In this document: positions 41,499 through 55,600 of the stretch, piece by piece
Layout: each line of letters starts with the position of its first letter
Numbering within the stretch: position 1 is the first letter of the stretch
Notes under the pieces: model-generated
What the model saw: only the letters and a program-made list of their open reading frames with translations
What the model was told of the DNA's origin: nothing
Database searches by the model: none
Assembly: GCF_009914755.1 (NCBI RefSeq)
Contig: NC_060927.1
Direction: 5' to 3' (one strand)
DNA from: the human T2T-CHM13v2.0 reference genome, Homo sapiens
Length of the DNA: 64,000 bases
Program-made: the position numbers and the translations under genes

Positions 41499-44054
41499 CC
41501 AGGCTTCAAAACTCAAAGACAAAGGAAACAGTGCAAATGTCATGGTTTCTCTGCATTTGGCAGAAAACCACAATGTGCTGATAAGAGAAGCCTTAGAGGG
41601 CAAAGCACATCATGAAGATAAAGGCACAAGAAATGCACCAGTTTAAAGAGGCCCCTGGCTTCCTAAGCCCTCATGCACAAATGTGATCCAGAGGTGGATA
41701 ATTGTGAAGCAGCAGACAAACAGTTACTCTCACATTCAGGCTCTGGGCCCAGGTGTCCTCTTTCAGGCTTGAATATCCTTTTTCACATTTACCTCTTCTC
41801 TCCTTCCCGGCTTACCCTGGAGTATCTTCTGACTTGGTCATTCTCTCACTCCCATCCCAACTTCTCACGAGTTTTCCAGTAAGCCTCTCAAACCAATGAA
41901 GCATCTTACTCAGTTGGTGGTGGTATATCACCTATCAATATATTTGTTATGGACCTGATGTCAATACCTCCTTCAGTAAGATTGTGTCCCTTCTCATAGG
42001 TCAGGAAGCCAAGGCTCAAGGATTTCAAGAAACAGAGTTTCACTGATAGCAAATGGCAGAACAGGATTCCAATTTGAGTCCAGGACCTATATTCCTTTCA
42101 CTGTCTGAGGAACTTCCAACACCCTGATGGGAGGCTTTGAGAAATCAGAGCATTCAGAGAGAGGAGGCTGATGGCATCTTTGTTGAACATTCACCTTGGC
42201 ATCCTGTCACCACCCACAAGGGATAAGAAGAGAGTGTGATTGTGGGAACTTTATTTCAGACAAAACTGTTCCAGTCAGCTTCAAACTGATGTACTGAGGC
42301 CAAGTGAGAATAATACCCCTAGCGATAAAGCAGATGACAATTTGGGGAAAACACTGAACAAAACTGCTTAGATTGGAAACAATCAGCATCTCCAAAACCA
42401 GTATTTTCCCCCAAACCATCAAAAATGGGGCTGCCTCGCCTAATACAAAACATTTATTGCATCTTGTTGGACAATGCCTTTTGTTCATCAAGAGCTGATA
42501 GTTGATTAAGGACCTCTCTTTAGGGAGAAAATAACTCCCTTCCTCATCCTCCCTCTGCCACATGGATATTTAGGGAGACCTGGCAAACATTAAGAAGCAC
42601 ATTGAAGCAAGTATATATAGATTGAATTAAGGTATGACAGGGCAATTCATTACGTTATATATCAGTTACTGCTACTCCTGTGCCCTAGTAGCTCAGGGAA
42701 GTTGGCTAGTGGCTGCTGTATTTTCACATTTTCTAGCTGGAGATGCATGGTCCTCTTGCTCTCAAAGGTACAGCCATTGGACTATAACCCACACACAGAT
42801 TTCGCCTCATTCAAGATGCAATCTAAACAGCACACATTAATCTTCCTGAAAGGGGCGTTATCTTATGGTTAAAGTGGAGGTGATATTATAGTAACTCACG
42901 TATCTTTCCCTTGTATTGATTTGAACCTAACCTCTCCTGAGTACTCATAAACCAGGAAAAGCTTTCAATGCACTCTGCCCTAAAGCAGGGCTATAACTGT
43001 ATAAATGCAGACAGAAAGGGATGTGAGATATGTTCAGCTTTGAATTTTTAAGGTGATTTTGAATCAGAGAAAATAGCATTTCAAGGTTTTTTTTTTTTTT
43101 AGTTTCAAGAATTCAGGAATTTCAAATAACAAAAACAAAGCATATTATAAGTAGATGTGGGGAGGAATGGCTAAAGAATAGGAATACCTACCCAAAGGGT
43201 AGATGAGGTTGTCCTGCTGGAGGATGATCACATTGGAGAAAGAAGCTCAGAGGATCCCAGGAGAAGACTAAGTGCCTTTCTAGGGAGCCCTGTTCATCAG
43301 GATGTATGGTGACTGCTTTCTTTGGGCGGTTGTCTCATCAATAGCAGCTATAGAGACTCAATATATATCCCAAGACTTTTATAATCCCATTGGTATTACA
43401 CTTTATTGGCACTACACTTTGAATATTTCAAAAGAATCTTAAGCTCCCCATGACCAAGAGTGGACCTTATGAATGTAGGAGTGGTAAGGATGTACAATGG
43501 AAAGCAGCCAGCACCTATTCTTGGATGTGGCTGAAAGGAACCACATGGAGATCTCTTGAGCAGGCCTGGAGGTGAAATACTCCCCTTTATTGCAGCTGTT
43601 GGTTAATGAAGATATGTTGAGGGAATTTCACAGCTCTGGCATCAGGTAGGAGACTCACACTGATTCTGTATGATTCTGACCCAGTTGTCAAAACATAGTC
43701 TCCCAGCAGGACTGTGCTTTGCTCCCTGGTGACTGTATTCTCCATTTTTACAAACTGCTGTTTGCACAGGAAGCCTGCCTTGGTCTTGCCCTTGTCCTCC
43801 AAGATTAGCATTCGACTCTGAACTCCAACATCAAGCCTGTTCCCTGGAAATCAATGACAGGTTTCTTTTTGTCCATTGGAACTCCTTGCATTGCCTATTT
43901 CTATTCTTCTGCCCTTAGAACACTGCACTGACTCATACTGCATGCACATTCTCAAGGCCAGCTCCTTGCCTGACCCACTCCATGGGTACCACTGCCCCTC
44001 CTCCTATCGTGTACCCTTCCCAGGAGCGTATGTCTAGCTCGAGTCTTGGAGAAG

Positions 44055-44260
44055 CAGCCTGTCCTGGAGAGAGTATAGATTTGGAGTAAGGTTCAAATTC
44101 TTGTCTGGCACTTACAAGTGATGTGACATTGGGCAAGTCATAAATCCTCCTTTAACCTCAGCTTCCTCATCTGTAGAGTGGGAATTATCATCATTACCAC
44201 CACAGGAAACACATGTAAAATACAGCTTCTGGCATAAAGTAGAGGGTATAAATGGTAGAC
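44055..44260 (+). mobile_element. MIR SINE
   Basis: ggttcaaattcttgtctggcacttac...gtgacattgggcaagtca...cctcagcttcctcatctgtag. Confidence 0.8.
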
Positions 44261-44505
44261 TTTACCTACTCCCTCCATAGTCTGTGTTTTTGTTTCAACT
44301 CTACTATGTGACAGATCAGAAACTTTGTTTCTTTTGGAGAGTGTGCCAAAGAGCAAGCTGGGAAAATTCCAAGGGTAGCCCAGACACTGTGAACAGGGTA
44401 GAAACTCTTTCCTTCCTGTCTTACCTTTTCTCTCAGGAATGAGAATACAGCCCAGGGGGATAGGCTCGCAGTTACAGAACTGTAGGGTAATACAAAACCG
44501 GTGCT

Positions 44506-46561
44506 GCCACTCCTATTCAACATAATCCTGGAAGTCCTAGACAGAGTAATCAGGCAAGAGAAAGAAAGGGCATCCAAATTGGAAGAGAGGAAGTCAAACT
44601 ATCTCTCTTCCCATACTATATGATACTATACCTAGAAAAACCTCACAGTCTCTGCTGAAAGGTTTCTAGATCTAATAAACAACTTCAACAAAGTTTTATG
44701 ATACAGAATCAATGTAAACAAATCAGTAGCATTTCTGTACACCAATAACATCAAAGCTGAGAGCCAAAACAAGAATGCAATCCCATTCACAATAGCCACA
44801 AAAAGAATAAAATACCTAGGAATACAGCTAACGAGGGAGGTAAAAATCTCTACACTGAGAATTATAAAACACTGCTGAAAGAAATCAGAGACTACACAAA
44901 CAAATGGAAAAATATTCCACATTCATGGATAGGAAGAATTAATATTGTTAAAATGACCAAACTGCCTGAAACAATTTACAGATTCAATGTTATTCCTATC
45001 AAACTACCAACATTTTTCACAGAATTAGATTTAAAAAAATCTAAAATTCATTTGGAATCAAAAAGAACCTGAATAGCCAAATCAATCCTAAGCAAAAAGA
45101 ACAAAACTGGAGGCATCACCCTACCCAACTTCAAACAATACTGCAAAGCTACAGTAACTAAAATGGCATGGTACTCGTAGAAAAAAAAGACACATAGACC
45201 AATAGAACAGGTTAGAGAACTCAGAAATAAAGCCATACACCTACAACCATGTCATTGTCAACAAAGCCAACAATAGCAAGCAATGGGGAAAGAACTTCCT
45301 ATTCAATAAATGGTTGTGGAATAACTGGCTACCCATATGCAGAAGATTGAAACTGGACCCTTACCTGTCACCATATATAAAAATCAACTCAAGATGGATC
45401 AAAGACTTAAATGTAAAAATCTAAAACCATAAAAGCCCTAGAAGAAAACCTAGGAAATCCATTCTGGACATTGACTTGGACAAAGACTTCATGACAAAAA
45501 CTCCAAAAGCAATCACAAAAAAAACCCACAACAATTGATAAGTGGGACATAATTAAACTAAAGAACTTCTGTACAACAAAGAAACTATGGATAGCATAAA
45601 CAGATAACCTATAAAATGGGAGAAAATATTTGCAAACTATGTATCTGACAAAGGTCTAATATCCAGAATCTATAAGAAACTTAAGTCAACAAGAAAAAAC
45701 AACCTGCATTAAAAAATGGGCAAAGGACATGAACAAACACTTCTCAAAATAAAACATACATGCAGCTAACAGGCATATGAAAAAATGCTCAATATCACTA
45801 ATCATTAGGGGAATGCAAATCAAAAACACAATGAGATATCATCTCACATCAGTCAGAATAGCTATTATTAAAAAGTCAAAAAATAACAGATGCTGGCAAG
45901 GTTGTAGAAGAAAGGAACACTTATACACTGCTGGCAAGAATGTAAATTAGTTCAGTCACTGTTGAAAGCAGTCTGGATATTTCTCAAAGAACTTAAAATA
46001 GAACGACTTTTCAACCTAGCAATCCTATTACTGGGTATATACTCAAAGTAATATAAATTGTTCTATCATAAAGACACATGCATGCTTGTTCATTGTGGTA
46101 CTATTCACAATAGCAAAGACATGGAATCAATCTATATGCCCATCAGTGGTGGACTGGGTAAAGAAAATATGGTACATACACACCATGGAATACTACACAG
46201 CCATAAAAATAAAAAGATCATGGCCTTTGCAGTAACATGGATGGAGCTGGAGGCCGTTATCCGAAGCAAATTAATGCAGGAACAGAAAACCAAATACTTC
46301 ACTTATAAGTGGGAGCTAAACACTGAGAACACACAGACGCAAAGAGAGGAAAAATAGACACTGGGGCTTATTTGAGAGTGGAGGGTGGGAGGAAGATGAG
46401 GATTGAAAACTACCTATTGGGTGTTATGTTGATTGCCTGAGTGACAAAATTACCTGTACATTTTGTCAAATGTCCAAACCCCCATGACATGTGATTTACC
46501 CATGTAACAAACCTGCACACGTACCTCTTGAACCTAAAATAGAAGTTGGAAAGAAAAAAAA
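44506..46561 (+). mobile_element. L1PA (L1PA15/16-like) 5'-truncated, ~2 kb with 3' end
   Basis: ccactcctattcaacata...ctggaagtcctag through ORF2 3' half; 3' UTR ccatgtaacaaacctgcacacgtacctcttgaacctaaaatagaagttgg plus A tail. Confidence 0.93.
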
Positions 46562-47629
46562 GACAGCACCAAAGGGCAAACTGGAAAAGCTAAACCTGTC
46601 AGCAGATCCATAGGGGGAGATATGGAAACAGCACCTAGAGCACAGCTTGAGGTCCGTGTGGCTGGACAGGAGGACAGTGAAGGTCTGGAAGTAGAGGTGG
46701 TCATGAACCTTGGCCATGGTGAAAACCAGTTTGCTCAGGCATCTCCTCAAAGTTCCATGAATGAACCTGGCTAAATGTTTTAATGAGGTGGCTGTGACAA
46801 AAAAAAAATTCCCGCAAATCAATTCATTTCTGCCTGTCAGTAAACCCGGGTATGGATAAAATAAAATTGGGTCTAACTTTGGTCCCACTCTACCAAGAAC
46901 TCAAACAAAGTTTCTGAGAGAGCAGCGAAGACATTTCCCCTGGTATTTTACACTAACGGTCTAGCTATGGCTGGAACCAGGCAGTTTTCAGGAATAAATA
47001 TACTAAAAGAGCAGAAAACCTGTTGCAAGACACATTACTGTCCTGCCTTTCATAAAGATGATGATGGCATAAATCTGGCCCCCATCTTGTGTTTATCAGA
47101 ATTAATGCTTCAAATTTTATTCCAGTCATTTGAATATTTAAAATGAAGAAACCAGGAATGAACAAATAATAAATGAACAATAAATATGTGAAGGCCATTC
47201 AGAATCTCAGTAGCAGAGTGATGTATAGTCTCCTTCTAAATAAAAGATTGAAATATGACTGAAATTTAGTGTTTGCAGCTAAGATATGTAGACGAGTTCA
47301 AACTCAAGTTGGATGAAGTCAAAGAAAAACACCCATTGGGTGAGGCCACAAAAGTGTAAACTCATTGGCTCAAAAATCAGTATTTTGGGTTTATATGCCA
47401 GTGAGACCTGTATTAAATACACTATCTTACAAACTTTGGGGTTTCTAATTTAAGCCAGAAAGCTTAGTTAATGTTTCAGCCCTGTCAGATACTAATGACT
47501 TGTTTCCTTGAGTAAGTGGCTTCACATTTTTTGTCTTATTTTCCTTGTTATTTGGAGCACACACAAAAACCTCACCACCCAGGCCCTACTGTGACAATTT
47601 CTTGAAACAGTGATGGGCTTTTCTGATTG

Positions 47630-47722
47630 CCACCTCTAAGTGTCTACTGCTGATTTTGGCACAGAGAGGGTGCTCAAGAGTTGTCTGTTAAATGCTTGAG
47701 TGAGTGAATGAATGAATGAGAA
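47630..47722 (+). mobile_element. L2 3' terminus
   Basis: ggcacagagagggtgctcaa...tgagtgaatgaatgaatga. Confidence 0.6.
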
Positions 47723-48174
47723 CGTGAGAATATGAGATAATTAATAAGAAAGTGCTTTGGAATGGTTACATGTATTTTAAAAATACCACTACTTTTATAT
47801 TTCTGCCTTTCTTTGTTTCTTCCATTCAATATGCTCTTAAGTATCTTCAAAACTCTAAGGACTTCCAATCAAGGAGGTCAAGCTTTGTAGCATGTAAAGA
47901 GAATAATCAATTTGGCCAATTCTGAAGATGACAGTTTCTAAAATTCAAAATAAAAATATAATGTCTTAGTGAAAGGAAACAGCCAATGCAAAAGATTTTT
48001 CATTTACTATTACTGTCTCATCTCTATTCAAACATTTAATGTTCACTAGCAGGTCATATGTTATGAACACTTTAGAATTTTATTGAAGAATTTAATAATT
48101 TCTTACCTTTGCACATGTGATGCACTTTAGACATATATAAATTCAGTTCCGTTTATTTCATCGATTTAAAGTAA

Positions 48175-48220
48175 TACACACACACACATGCACACACATG
48201 CATACACACACACATACACA
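48175..48220. repeat. Imperfect (CA)n microsatellite
   Basis: Direct reading. Confidence 0.85.
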
Positions 48221-50099
48221 GTAAAGTACATTGCTCCTAGTTATCTTGAGAAGATTAATCTTATTTCAAAGAGGCTCTACATGATTTCTGGAATTAGGCA
48301 CTAGATTTAAAATGTTCTACTAGGGAATATAATATATGGTGAAAAAATGGCAACAGAAGGGCAGAGATTTAGGTTTCCTTCATAGGGAATGATGATGAAT
48401 AGAAATGTACATCTACCATTTTCTGCAGATGTAGAAAATCGTATTTTCTGCTCTTGTGATTTTATGCAATGCTAAACTTTTCCATAAAAGAAAATGATAA
48501 AATCCATCTCTTCTCAGTGAAGTGAGTCCTCATAGATTTTATGAGACATATGCACCTCCTGGCTTGGAGGCTGCCAGGTGTTTGGCCCCATGCTGCTGAC
48601 CTTAGATAAGTAGGCAGTAATAAGCAAGAACCTTGTGGCCAACTCTTGAGAGGGGCTCAGTTATAGTTGTCAAGGAGACAATCTGCTTATCATGGTTTAA
48701 GAATCCTGGCTGGGAGAGAAAACCACAATGATTTTGTGTACAGCTTAGCTCCAGCCATCTTCAATGATGGCAATGTCATCAGTGTGAGTACCCATAAAAA
48801 GAAGAAAGAAACCATTTCACTAATGCTGATAAAAATTAAAACGACAAATGCAAGCCTTGGAATAAGCATTTTGGCTTTTCCTCTAATCCCTATGTCCTCT
48901 TAAGATAAAGCCTGGAACCTCCACTATAATAAGCAAGTACTAATTTTTAGTGCTTACAATATCATATCTGATCTTCTCAACCACCCTATGAGATAGGCCT
49001 AGTAGTGAATAATGGGCATCAGTTTTGGCCATCCATGTCTGAGCTCCCCTTCTGTGTTAGTTACCTATAAATCTTGATGGGGGATTTTCCAGCCTCTATT
49101 GAAGGTTAAAGCAGTTGTAACACTTGGGTTCTGCCATCAGATGACCTGGGCTGGATTTTGACTTAGGTTAAAGTAGAGCTTTTTCTCTGGAGGTGGTGGC
49201 AGTAGTAATTGTCACAAAATGAAATTCCCAGCACAGAACTGGCAATGATGGAAGCCTTAGTGTCTAATGCTTAGTGACTTTGATTTTTTTTTGTGATACC
49301 ATTTTTGCAGCCTGGTTGTATGGTTCAAGCCTGATTCTCCAGTTCTCCTAAGTTCACTGGGGTATATTGATATCCTCTTATTAAGTTCATTTTGTGCTTC
49401 AGTCAAAGCCAGCACCATCTGACTTCAAAAACTGTGCTCTTCAACCTATTGCTTGGGGACAGGAAAAAGGGGCAAAGCTGTGATGGAAAGCAAGCTAATG
49501 TAATTCAGCAAGGTCATCTCCTATTGCTTATCCATACTGACCAGACATTCTGGTCAAAGGACAAGAGAGCTGAGTCCAGTGATCTACACCACAGACTGCC
49601 CAGGGAACAACAGAAGTCAGATTCTATTTCAGGTTTTCCAGGATGATTTATTTAGCTGAAGTACGGTGAGAAGTCCCAAAGTTCTGACACCATAGGAAAG
49701 TAATTTGAACTTCTCAGAGAAATTTTGCTCAGCAAATATACAATATAGTTTTAAGGTTTTTAACTCTCACTTGTGCTGACATTTTACGACAAATAGTGTA
49801 TATTTAATAAACAATGTCATAGACTCTCAGGGTTGGAATGTTCCTAAAAGCTAACTGGTCCACCTGTCTGACCAATGATTGAGTTCCTGACCAATAAGCC
49901 TCCCTGCTTGGCACTTTCTATGCAGGGCGATATTACTTCCTAGCCCTTTGTTCTATCTTTGAGTGTTTCTGACTATTATAAAATTTTCCTCTTAGTAAAT
50001 CAGTATAGGTCTGTAGGTGATTCCTTCTCTTTGGTTCCTGCACTGGTACCTAATATAAAATAGAATAATTTATAGCACCCTCACTTCTGCCCCAACCCA

Positions 50100-50531
50100 C
50101 CTCTGATTTCTGCCGCAACTGTGGCAGACAGCCATAAGCCTTTGCATCTCTTTGCTTCTCAGCCTCTGAATTTTCTCTGACACTATGAGAATTCATGTAG
50201 GAGGCAGCCTGCAAGTGTGGGTGAATTATCACATTGAGGGGTAACCCTGAACCCATGAGATTCAAAAACTGAAGGGTTAACGTCTGAGCATCTCTGCCTT
50301 GGGAGGGAAAATTCTGAGGTGCATTCTACATAGCTCCTCAAAAAGTCTCCAGTGGGATTGGGCCTCAGATGCCCATAGTAGTAACAGTCTTCCACAATCT
50401 TTTTTATTTTCTTCCCTGTCTCACTTTCCCCATTTCTTAATTCTTGCTTTCTGACATCACCCCTCAAATAACATACCTATATTCTAATATTTGCCTTAGG
50501 CTCTACTTTGAGGGGCACCAAAACTAAGACA
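50100..50531 (+). mobile_element. ERVL LTR (LTR16A-like)
   Basis: agtctccagtgggattgggcctcagatgcccatagt...cttccctgtctcacttt...ccttaggctctacttt...aactaagaca. Confidence 0.7.
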
Positions 50532-50629
50532 GAATCTATTACTGATATATCTGGTTCAAGTTAATTAGAAAATGGAATTATTGCAACCAATCTCCTACTA
50601 TATACCCATCACTGCATTTGGCTATTTCA

Positions 50630-50950
50630 CATGAAGACTGTAGAAAGAACTTGGGATTTAGAGACAAATGGGCTTGTGTCTAAATCCCAGTTGCACCTCT
50701 CACTATTTTTGTGGTCAATATCTTTAACTTCTTGGAGCCTCTGTGTCTATATGTGTAGAATGGAGATATTAAGACCTAACTCAGAGGCTTGGTGTGAGGA
50801 CATAGCAGACATAAAGGATCCAGACCAGTACTGTCCCATAGACATGGCTCCTTTGCTTAAATTATTTAATCCTTGCAATTCTGAGAAGTACATATTCCCC
50901 ACTTTATAGCTGAGTAAACTGAGGCTTAGGGAGATTAAGTAATTTAACTC
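50630..50950. mobile_element. Two MIR fragments in opposite orientation (+ 50630-50800, - 50860-50950)
   Basis: MIR cores taacttcttggagcctc...gtagaatggagat and ccactttatagctgagtaaactgaggcttaggga. Confidence 0.65.
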
Positions 50951-51353
50951 TTCTCCTTGGTCACACTCTTCAGCTATCCTGCCCTCTTTGCTATCCTCAA
51001 ACATACAAGCTATAGTCCTGCCTTGAAGGCTTCCTTTGTTTCCAACACCTGCAACTCTCTTCTTCCAGATACCGGCTTCATTACCTCCCTCACCTCCTTC
51101 ATGTTTCTGCTTATTTTTCACCTTCCCCATGAGGCCTACTGTGACGCCATGACCACTTGGTTTCTCCCAGTCCTTTACTCCATGGCTCCCCCAATCTCCA
51201 GAGCTGCTATTTCCATTCTTTCTTATTTTTTTTCTTATTGTTTCTCTCCTCTTGACTTAGTGTATGTTTTGAAAATACTTCCTTTAATTTCAGATTGTCT
51301 TATTACTTCTTGTTCTTCGGGTAAAAATGTGACAGTTTGTTACATCTGCCAGC

Positions 51354-51367
51354 ACTCTCTCTCTCTC

Positions 51368-51398
<31 letters not shown>
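51354..51398. repeat. (CT)n microsatellite
   Basis: Direct reading. Confidence 0.9.
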
Positions 51399-51399
<1 letters not shown>

Positions 51400-52139
51400 A
51401 TGGTGGCTTATTCCCTGGTGTTTTGTCATTTTGTCTGTGAGATCATCTTCAGCAGGAATTGTATTTCTTGTGAGTCTGGGTGCTCAGGGTTTGGGGGTGT
51501 CCCTAATGCATGGGTTTTATGTTTGCTTCTGCCAAGACCTTAAGGAAGCCATAAGTTCTAGGATACATGTTTTATATATTGTTATCTTGATTTGGGCCTT
51601 TGCGTATTCAGATAGTATAAATCAGAACTATGTTAAGTACTCCCATATATGACCAGCTTTCATGATGCTTTCTTTGCCAGGTTCCTTTCTTCATTCTCTA
51701 ATCAGGGTAACTTCCATATCTATGGAGGGGCTTAACCGCAAGGCCCAAAGCCTCTTCTCTTGTTTTACATGAAGGTAGGCATTGGTTAAAGCACCAGCTC
51801 TCCAGGTCTGAGGGCTAATAATTAGATCTTATAGCTTTATGATCTGGTCATCAATAGCTTCTGCCCAGAAATCTGGCTTTGTTCCTCTTCTTCATTTCTG
51901 GCACCGAGAATTGCCTTGCCTTACCTTCAAACTCAGCTTTGTGTTTACTTTATACATTTATGTTGTCTAGTATTTCTTTGTGTTTGGAAGACAGAGTTCT
52001 TTATATGTCAGATGAGTTTGCCAGAGTGACTGGAAGTTTCTGAGTACTTTTCATGTGTGATCCCTTATTAGAAGTGAAACATACTTCAGACAATATGGAA
52101 ATTCATGTAGGACATCTAAAAGTAACACTGATATTGACA

Positions 52140-52530
52140 ACTGACATTTGTGGAGAATTTACTTTGTGACAGATAAAATTTTAGGGGCTTTACATTACCT
52201 TTTCTAATGTAATCATCCAAATAACTCCATGAGATAAACACTTATATGTCTATTTCTGAGAAGCAGAAGTGAGAGTAACTTTTGAAGGTCACACAGTTGA
52301 TTAGTGGCCAAGGCACCTAGGGTAAAGCAGTATTTAGGCTGATGAGGTACATACATATTCTTGCCCCACCACTTCCAGTGTTTATGACATTGGGCAAGAT
52401 AATTAAACTTTCTAAGAAAATAGGAATGGTACAAATAATGTACAATATGAAGATTAAGTGAGAATATCCTTAAAAAGTACATGGCGCAGTGCTTGGCCCA
52501 TAGTGTGCTCTGTAAATATTAGGTGTTATT
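52140..52530. mobile_element. Two MIR fragments (- 52140-52340, + 52380-52530)
   Basis: aataactccatgagat...agtaacttttgaaggtcacacagt and tgacattgggcaagataattaaac...cttggcccatagtgtgctc. Confidence 0.65.
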
Positions 52531-52934
52531 ACACAGCAACCATTTAGAAATCATATTTGTATTGTCTGGGGAAAATAAAAAGTCTTCTCTTTGGATATGA
52601 AGGAATGATGCTATCCTTCTACAATCACATTCTGAGAAGTTAGCACCAGCACATGCTCTCTCTGACTGCCAGACGGTTTCCTGCACACCTTCTGTGAACA
52701 CATCAGTTATTATCGACTTGAACTTCTGCCTCTCTATTTGTATCTTCACACATTTTAAATTCAAATTACTTGCTAATTGATGCACCCATCATGCTTCAGT
52801 TCATTTCCTGGTACACCAAAGTCATTTGTAAGATTTCTCCTGGGTCTCCAGAATTAAGTTTTTATAGACACCTTGGAAGGGCTGATTTGCCAACTTGGTC
52901 TAGAGCAATACATGGGGAGGGAGATGCTGGATGT

Positions 52935-53345
52935 CACAGATTGACTTCTGCAGAAGCAGATGTTGAAGTAGATTTAGGGGGTTAGATATTTATTAGGGAT
53001 TAGCATCTATGGAAGAAACAGAAATAACAGGATTCAGCAGAGGGAGAAGATGAACTGCAATGCGGGGTTGATGAAGTCTTGGCCAACCTGGTGGGGAGCT
53101 CTGGAGCAAATACGATCTGTCAGAATTGCTCTGTGTTAGCCCACATGACAAGGCTTTTTATATCCCAGCCCCACTAATTTACTGACTGGATGCCCCGCAA
53201 AGGGCAGAGCTTGTGTGAGGTGTTCTGCAACCAAGGCAGACCCTGATGGATCTGGCGGCTGAAGGCTCTCTGATGATCACCCTTCCTAAAGCTGGGCATC
53301 AACTTTTCTTGAAGGAGGATCTGGGTGGTGCATCTCTGAGTAACA
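52935..53345 (-). mobile_element. ERVL LTR (LTR16C-like)
   Basis: gaagcagatgttgaag...atatttattaggga...gagggagaagatgaactgcaatgc...ggggagctctggagc. Confidence 0.7.
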
Positions 53346-53699
53346 CATGAGAGTAACTGGCCATGCAATTTCATCACTCTTGTGATAGAAACTTTAGGCA
53401 ATTACCAAGATGTCTGCCTTCTCTCTTACTTCCATCTTGTGTAAGAGTTAATTTGGTAGCTTGACTTTCCCCTACTTGGTGATAAGTTCCTGGAAGGCAG
53501 AATCTGGAAACTATGAATCTGAAGACCGTACAGGACATATCACAGTGCCCTTTATCTTATAAAGGTGGTGCAGATGTTTGTTCAATAAAACACTAGGAGA
53601 GAATTGTCTAAGAACCACAGGAAAAAGGACTGTCCAATATATCATTTTTGAGTAATTATTGAGAGAAAAAGATTAATTAGCACTTGTATCATACATGCT

Positions 53700-54690
53700 T
53701 CAAAATGAATGGCGAATGTACCAAATTTTTAAATATAAAAATTAAAACCCTAAGTCTAAGAAAACATAGGTAAATATGATTCTGATTTTGAGGTATTCAA
53801 ATTTTAGAAGCAAATGAGGAGCCTACAAAAGAAATTCATAGTTTTCAGACATAATTTTTAAACCTCCATATACAAGAAAAATCTGCTCAAATTTAAAGAC
53901 AAATGAGCAATTGGAATTTAAAAAAACAAAAGACAAATAAACAATTGAAAAAATATTTTTACCAGATCAAGTCATATTCTTAATAAATAAAGAAGTTATG
54001 CATGCTGATTAATTAATAAAAATACCCGAATGGAAAAAAATGGCAAATGATATTGAATGTACAATTTCAAAAAGAAAAAATACAAATGATGAAGAGCATA
54101 ACAGAAAAAGTTTAGCCTCTTTAATAATCAATGAGTTACAATTTTAAAACCGAGGGGAAAGTTTTTTAGGTACCTAAGTGATAGATTTTAAAAAGGTAAT
54201 ACTCAATGTTGACAAAGGTTGGGGAGATGGAATTTACTTATAGATTTGGTGGCAGAGTAAATTTATACAACTTTTCTTGAGGACACTTTGTCTATATGCA
54301 TAAAGTCTTTCATCCAACCAGTCTACTTTTAAATGTTTTCCCTAAAGAAATTATCTAAGATATAAACAGTGATAAATATCCAATAATAAGGGAATTAGGA
54401 TTAAATAATGATTTATCCAATTACTGTGCAGCGATTAAAAATCACACAGTTGAAGGATTTTTAATGAAATTAGAAAATTCTGAGGCTATAACGTTAAGTG
54501 GAAAAAAGTCAAATATAAACTGTGAATTTAAATTTACTTATATTTATACATACACACATATATATATAATACTAACAGAAATTATTAGCAATGATTATGT
54601 CGGGATGGTAGAATGATGACAATTATGGTTTTTCCACATTCTTTTCTTTATTCTTAAAATTTTCACACTGTGCACATATTAATGATATTC
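53700..54690 (+). mobile_element. Old L1 (L1ME-like) 3' region
   Basis: aaatggcaaatgatattgaatgtacaatttc...tttaataatcaatgagttacaatt...ttggtggcagagtaaatttatacaac. Confidence 0.7.
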
Positions 54691-54704
54691 AGAGAACTCA
54701 ACCA

Positions 54705-54705
<1 letters not shown>

Positions 54706-54762
<57 letters not shown>
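54706..54762. repeat. Compound (CA)n(GA)n microsatellite
   Basis: ~18 CA units followed by ~10 GA units. Confidence 0.95.
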
Positions 54763-54919
54763 AAGACTTTTACATAAGAGGCTAATAATAAAGGAAACTT
54801 CCACCTGGTCCTGGGTGTTTACCAGCCACCCATCTTAGGCTACTCATCCTACATCCTTTCACTTTCCTCAGTCAAAATACTTAAGATAATGGTTCCTGTT
54901 CTGGAGACGTACACATTGC

Positions 54920-55370
54920 TCTAGAGTATAGTAAATATGGAACTGCACATGTTTGAATCTAAATCCCAGACCTGTCATTTACTAGCTGTGTGTCTTGGGT
55001 GACTGACGCCCTTGTACTCTCAGAGACTCACATTCTTCTTTTACAAAATGAGGTTATAAATATCCACCTAATAGTAGTGTGGCAGGAACAATGTGATATA
55101 GCAACAAGTCAAAGCACAGACTTGGGAGCTAGACTGCCTTGGTTCAAATTTTAGCTCTGCTACCACTAGTTGTGAAACCATGGCCAAGTTATTTAACCTT
55201 TGTGTCACTTGATGTCCCTCTATTTAATGGGAGATCATAATAGTTGCCACTTTACAGGGTTTTAGGAGGATTATGCAGGTTAGTGAGCATGTAAAGCAAT
55301 ACCAGTACATGCTGCACACTATGTCACTGTTTGCTATGATTATTCAATGAGGCATTTAATGTAAAACACC
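54920..55370 (+). mobile_element. Tandem or nested MIR SINEs
   Basis: Two MIR cores: catttactagctgtgtgtcttggg (54975) and gactgccttggttcaaatt...ggccaagttatttaacct (55130-55200). Confidence 0.78.
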
Positions 55371-55384
55371 ACTGAAGAAATAAA

Positions 55385-55600
55385 ATTCAGTTAATTAAGC
55401 ATTTGAGTGCCTACTAGGCTAAGTCCTGTGTTAGGGGTCCAGAATGTTAGAATATATAACCTCTGTTTTTAAGAAAGTCTTGATTTTGAGGGGGCATATA
55501 CACAAGGAAAAAAAATCCCTGCAGAATAGAGAAAATCAAGTTAGAATTCTGCACAAGCAACCTTAGAAGCACAAAGAAGGAGCCCTACATCTAGCCCAGG
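55385..55600 (-). mobile_element. L2 3' end
   Basis: aagcatttgagtgcctactaggctaagtcctgtgttagggg. Confidence 0.55.

Noticed and set aside
48098-48112. Isolated strong minus-strand donor AAG|gtaaga (similar ones at ~36500 and ~40768)
   Set aside because: No matching acceptor found; such motifs are expected by chance
50957-51652. Longest ORF (231 aa, hydrophobic)
   Set aside because: Non-ATG start; spans L2-like sequence and a (CT)n tract; T-rich composition explains the hydrophobicity; no recognisable domain
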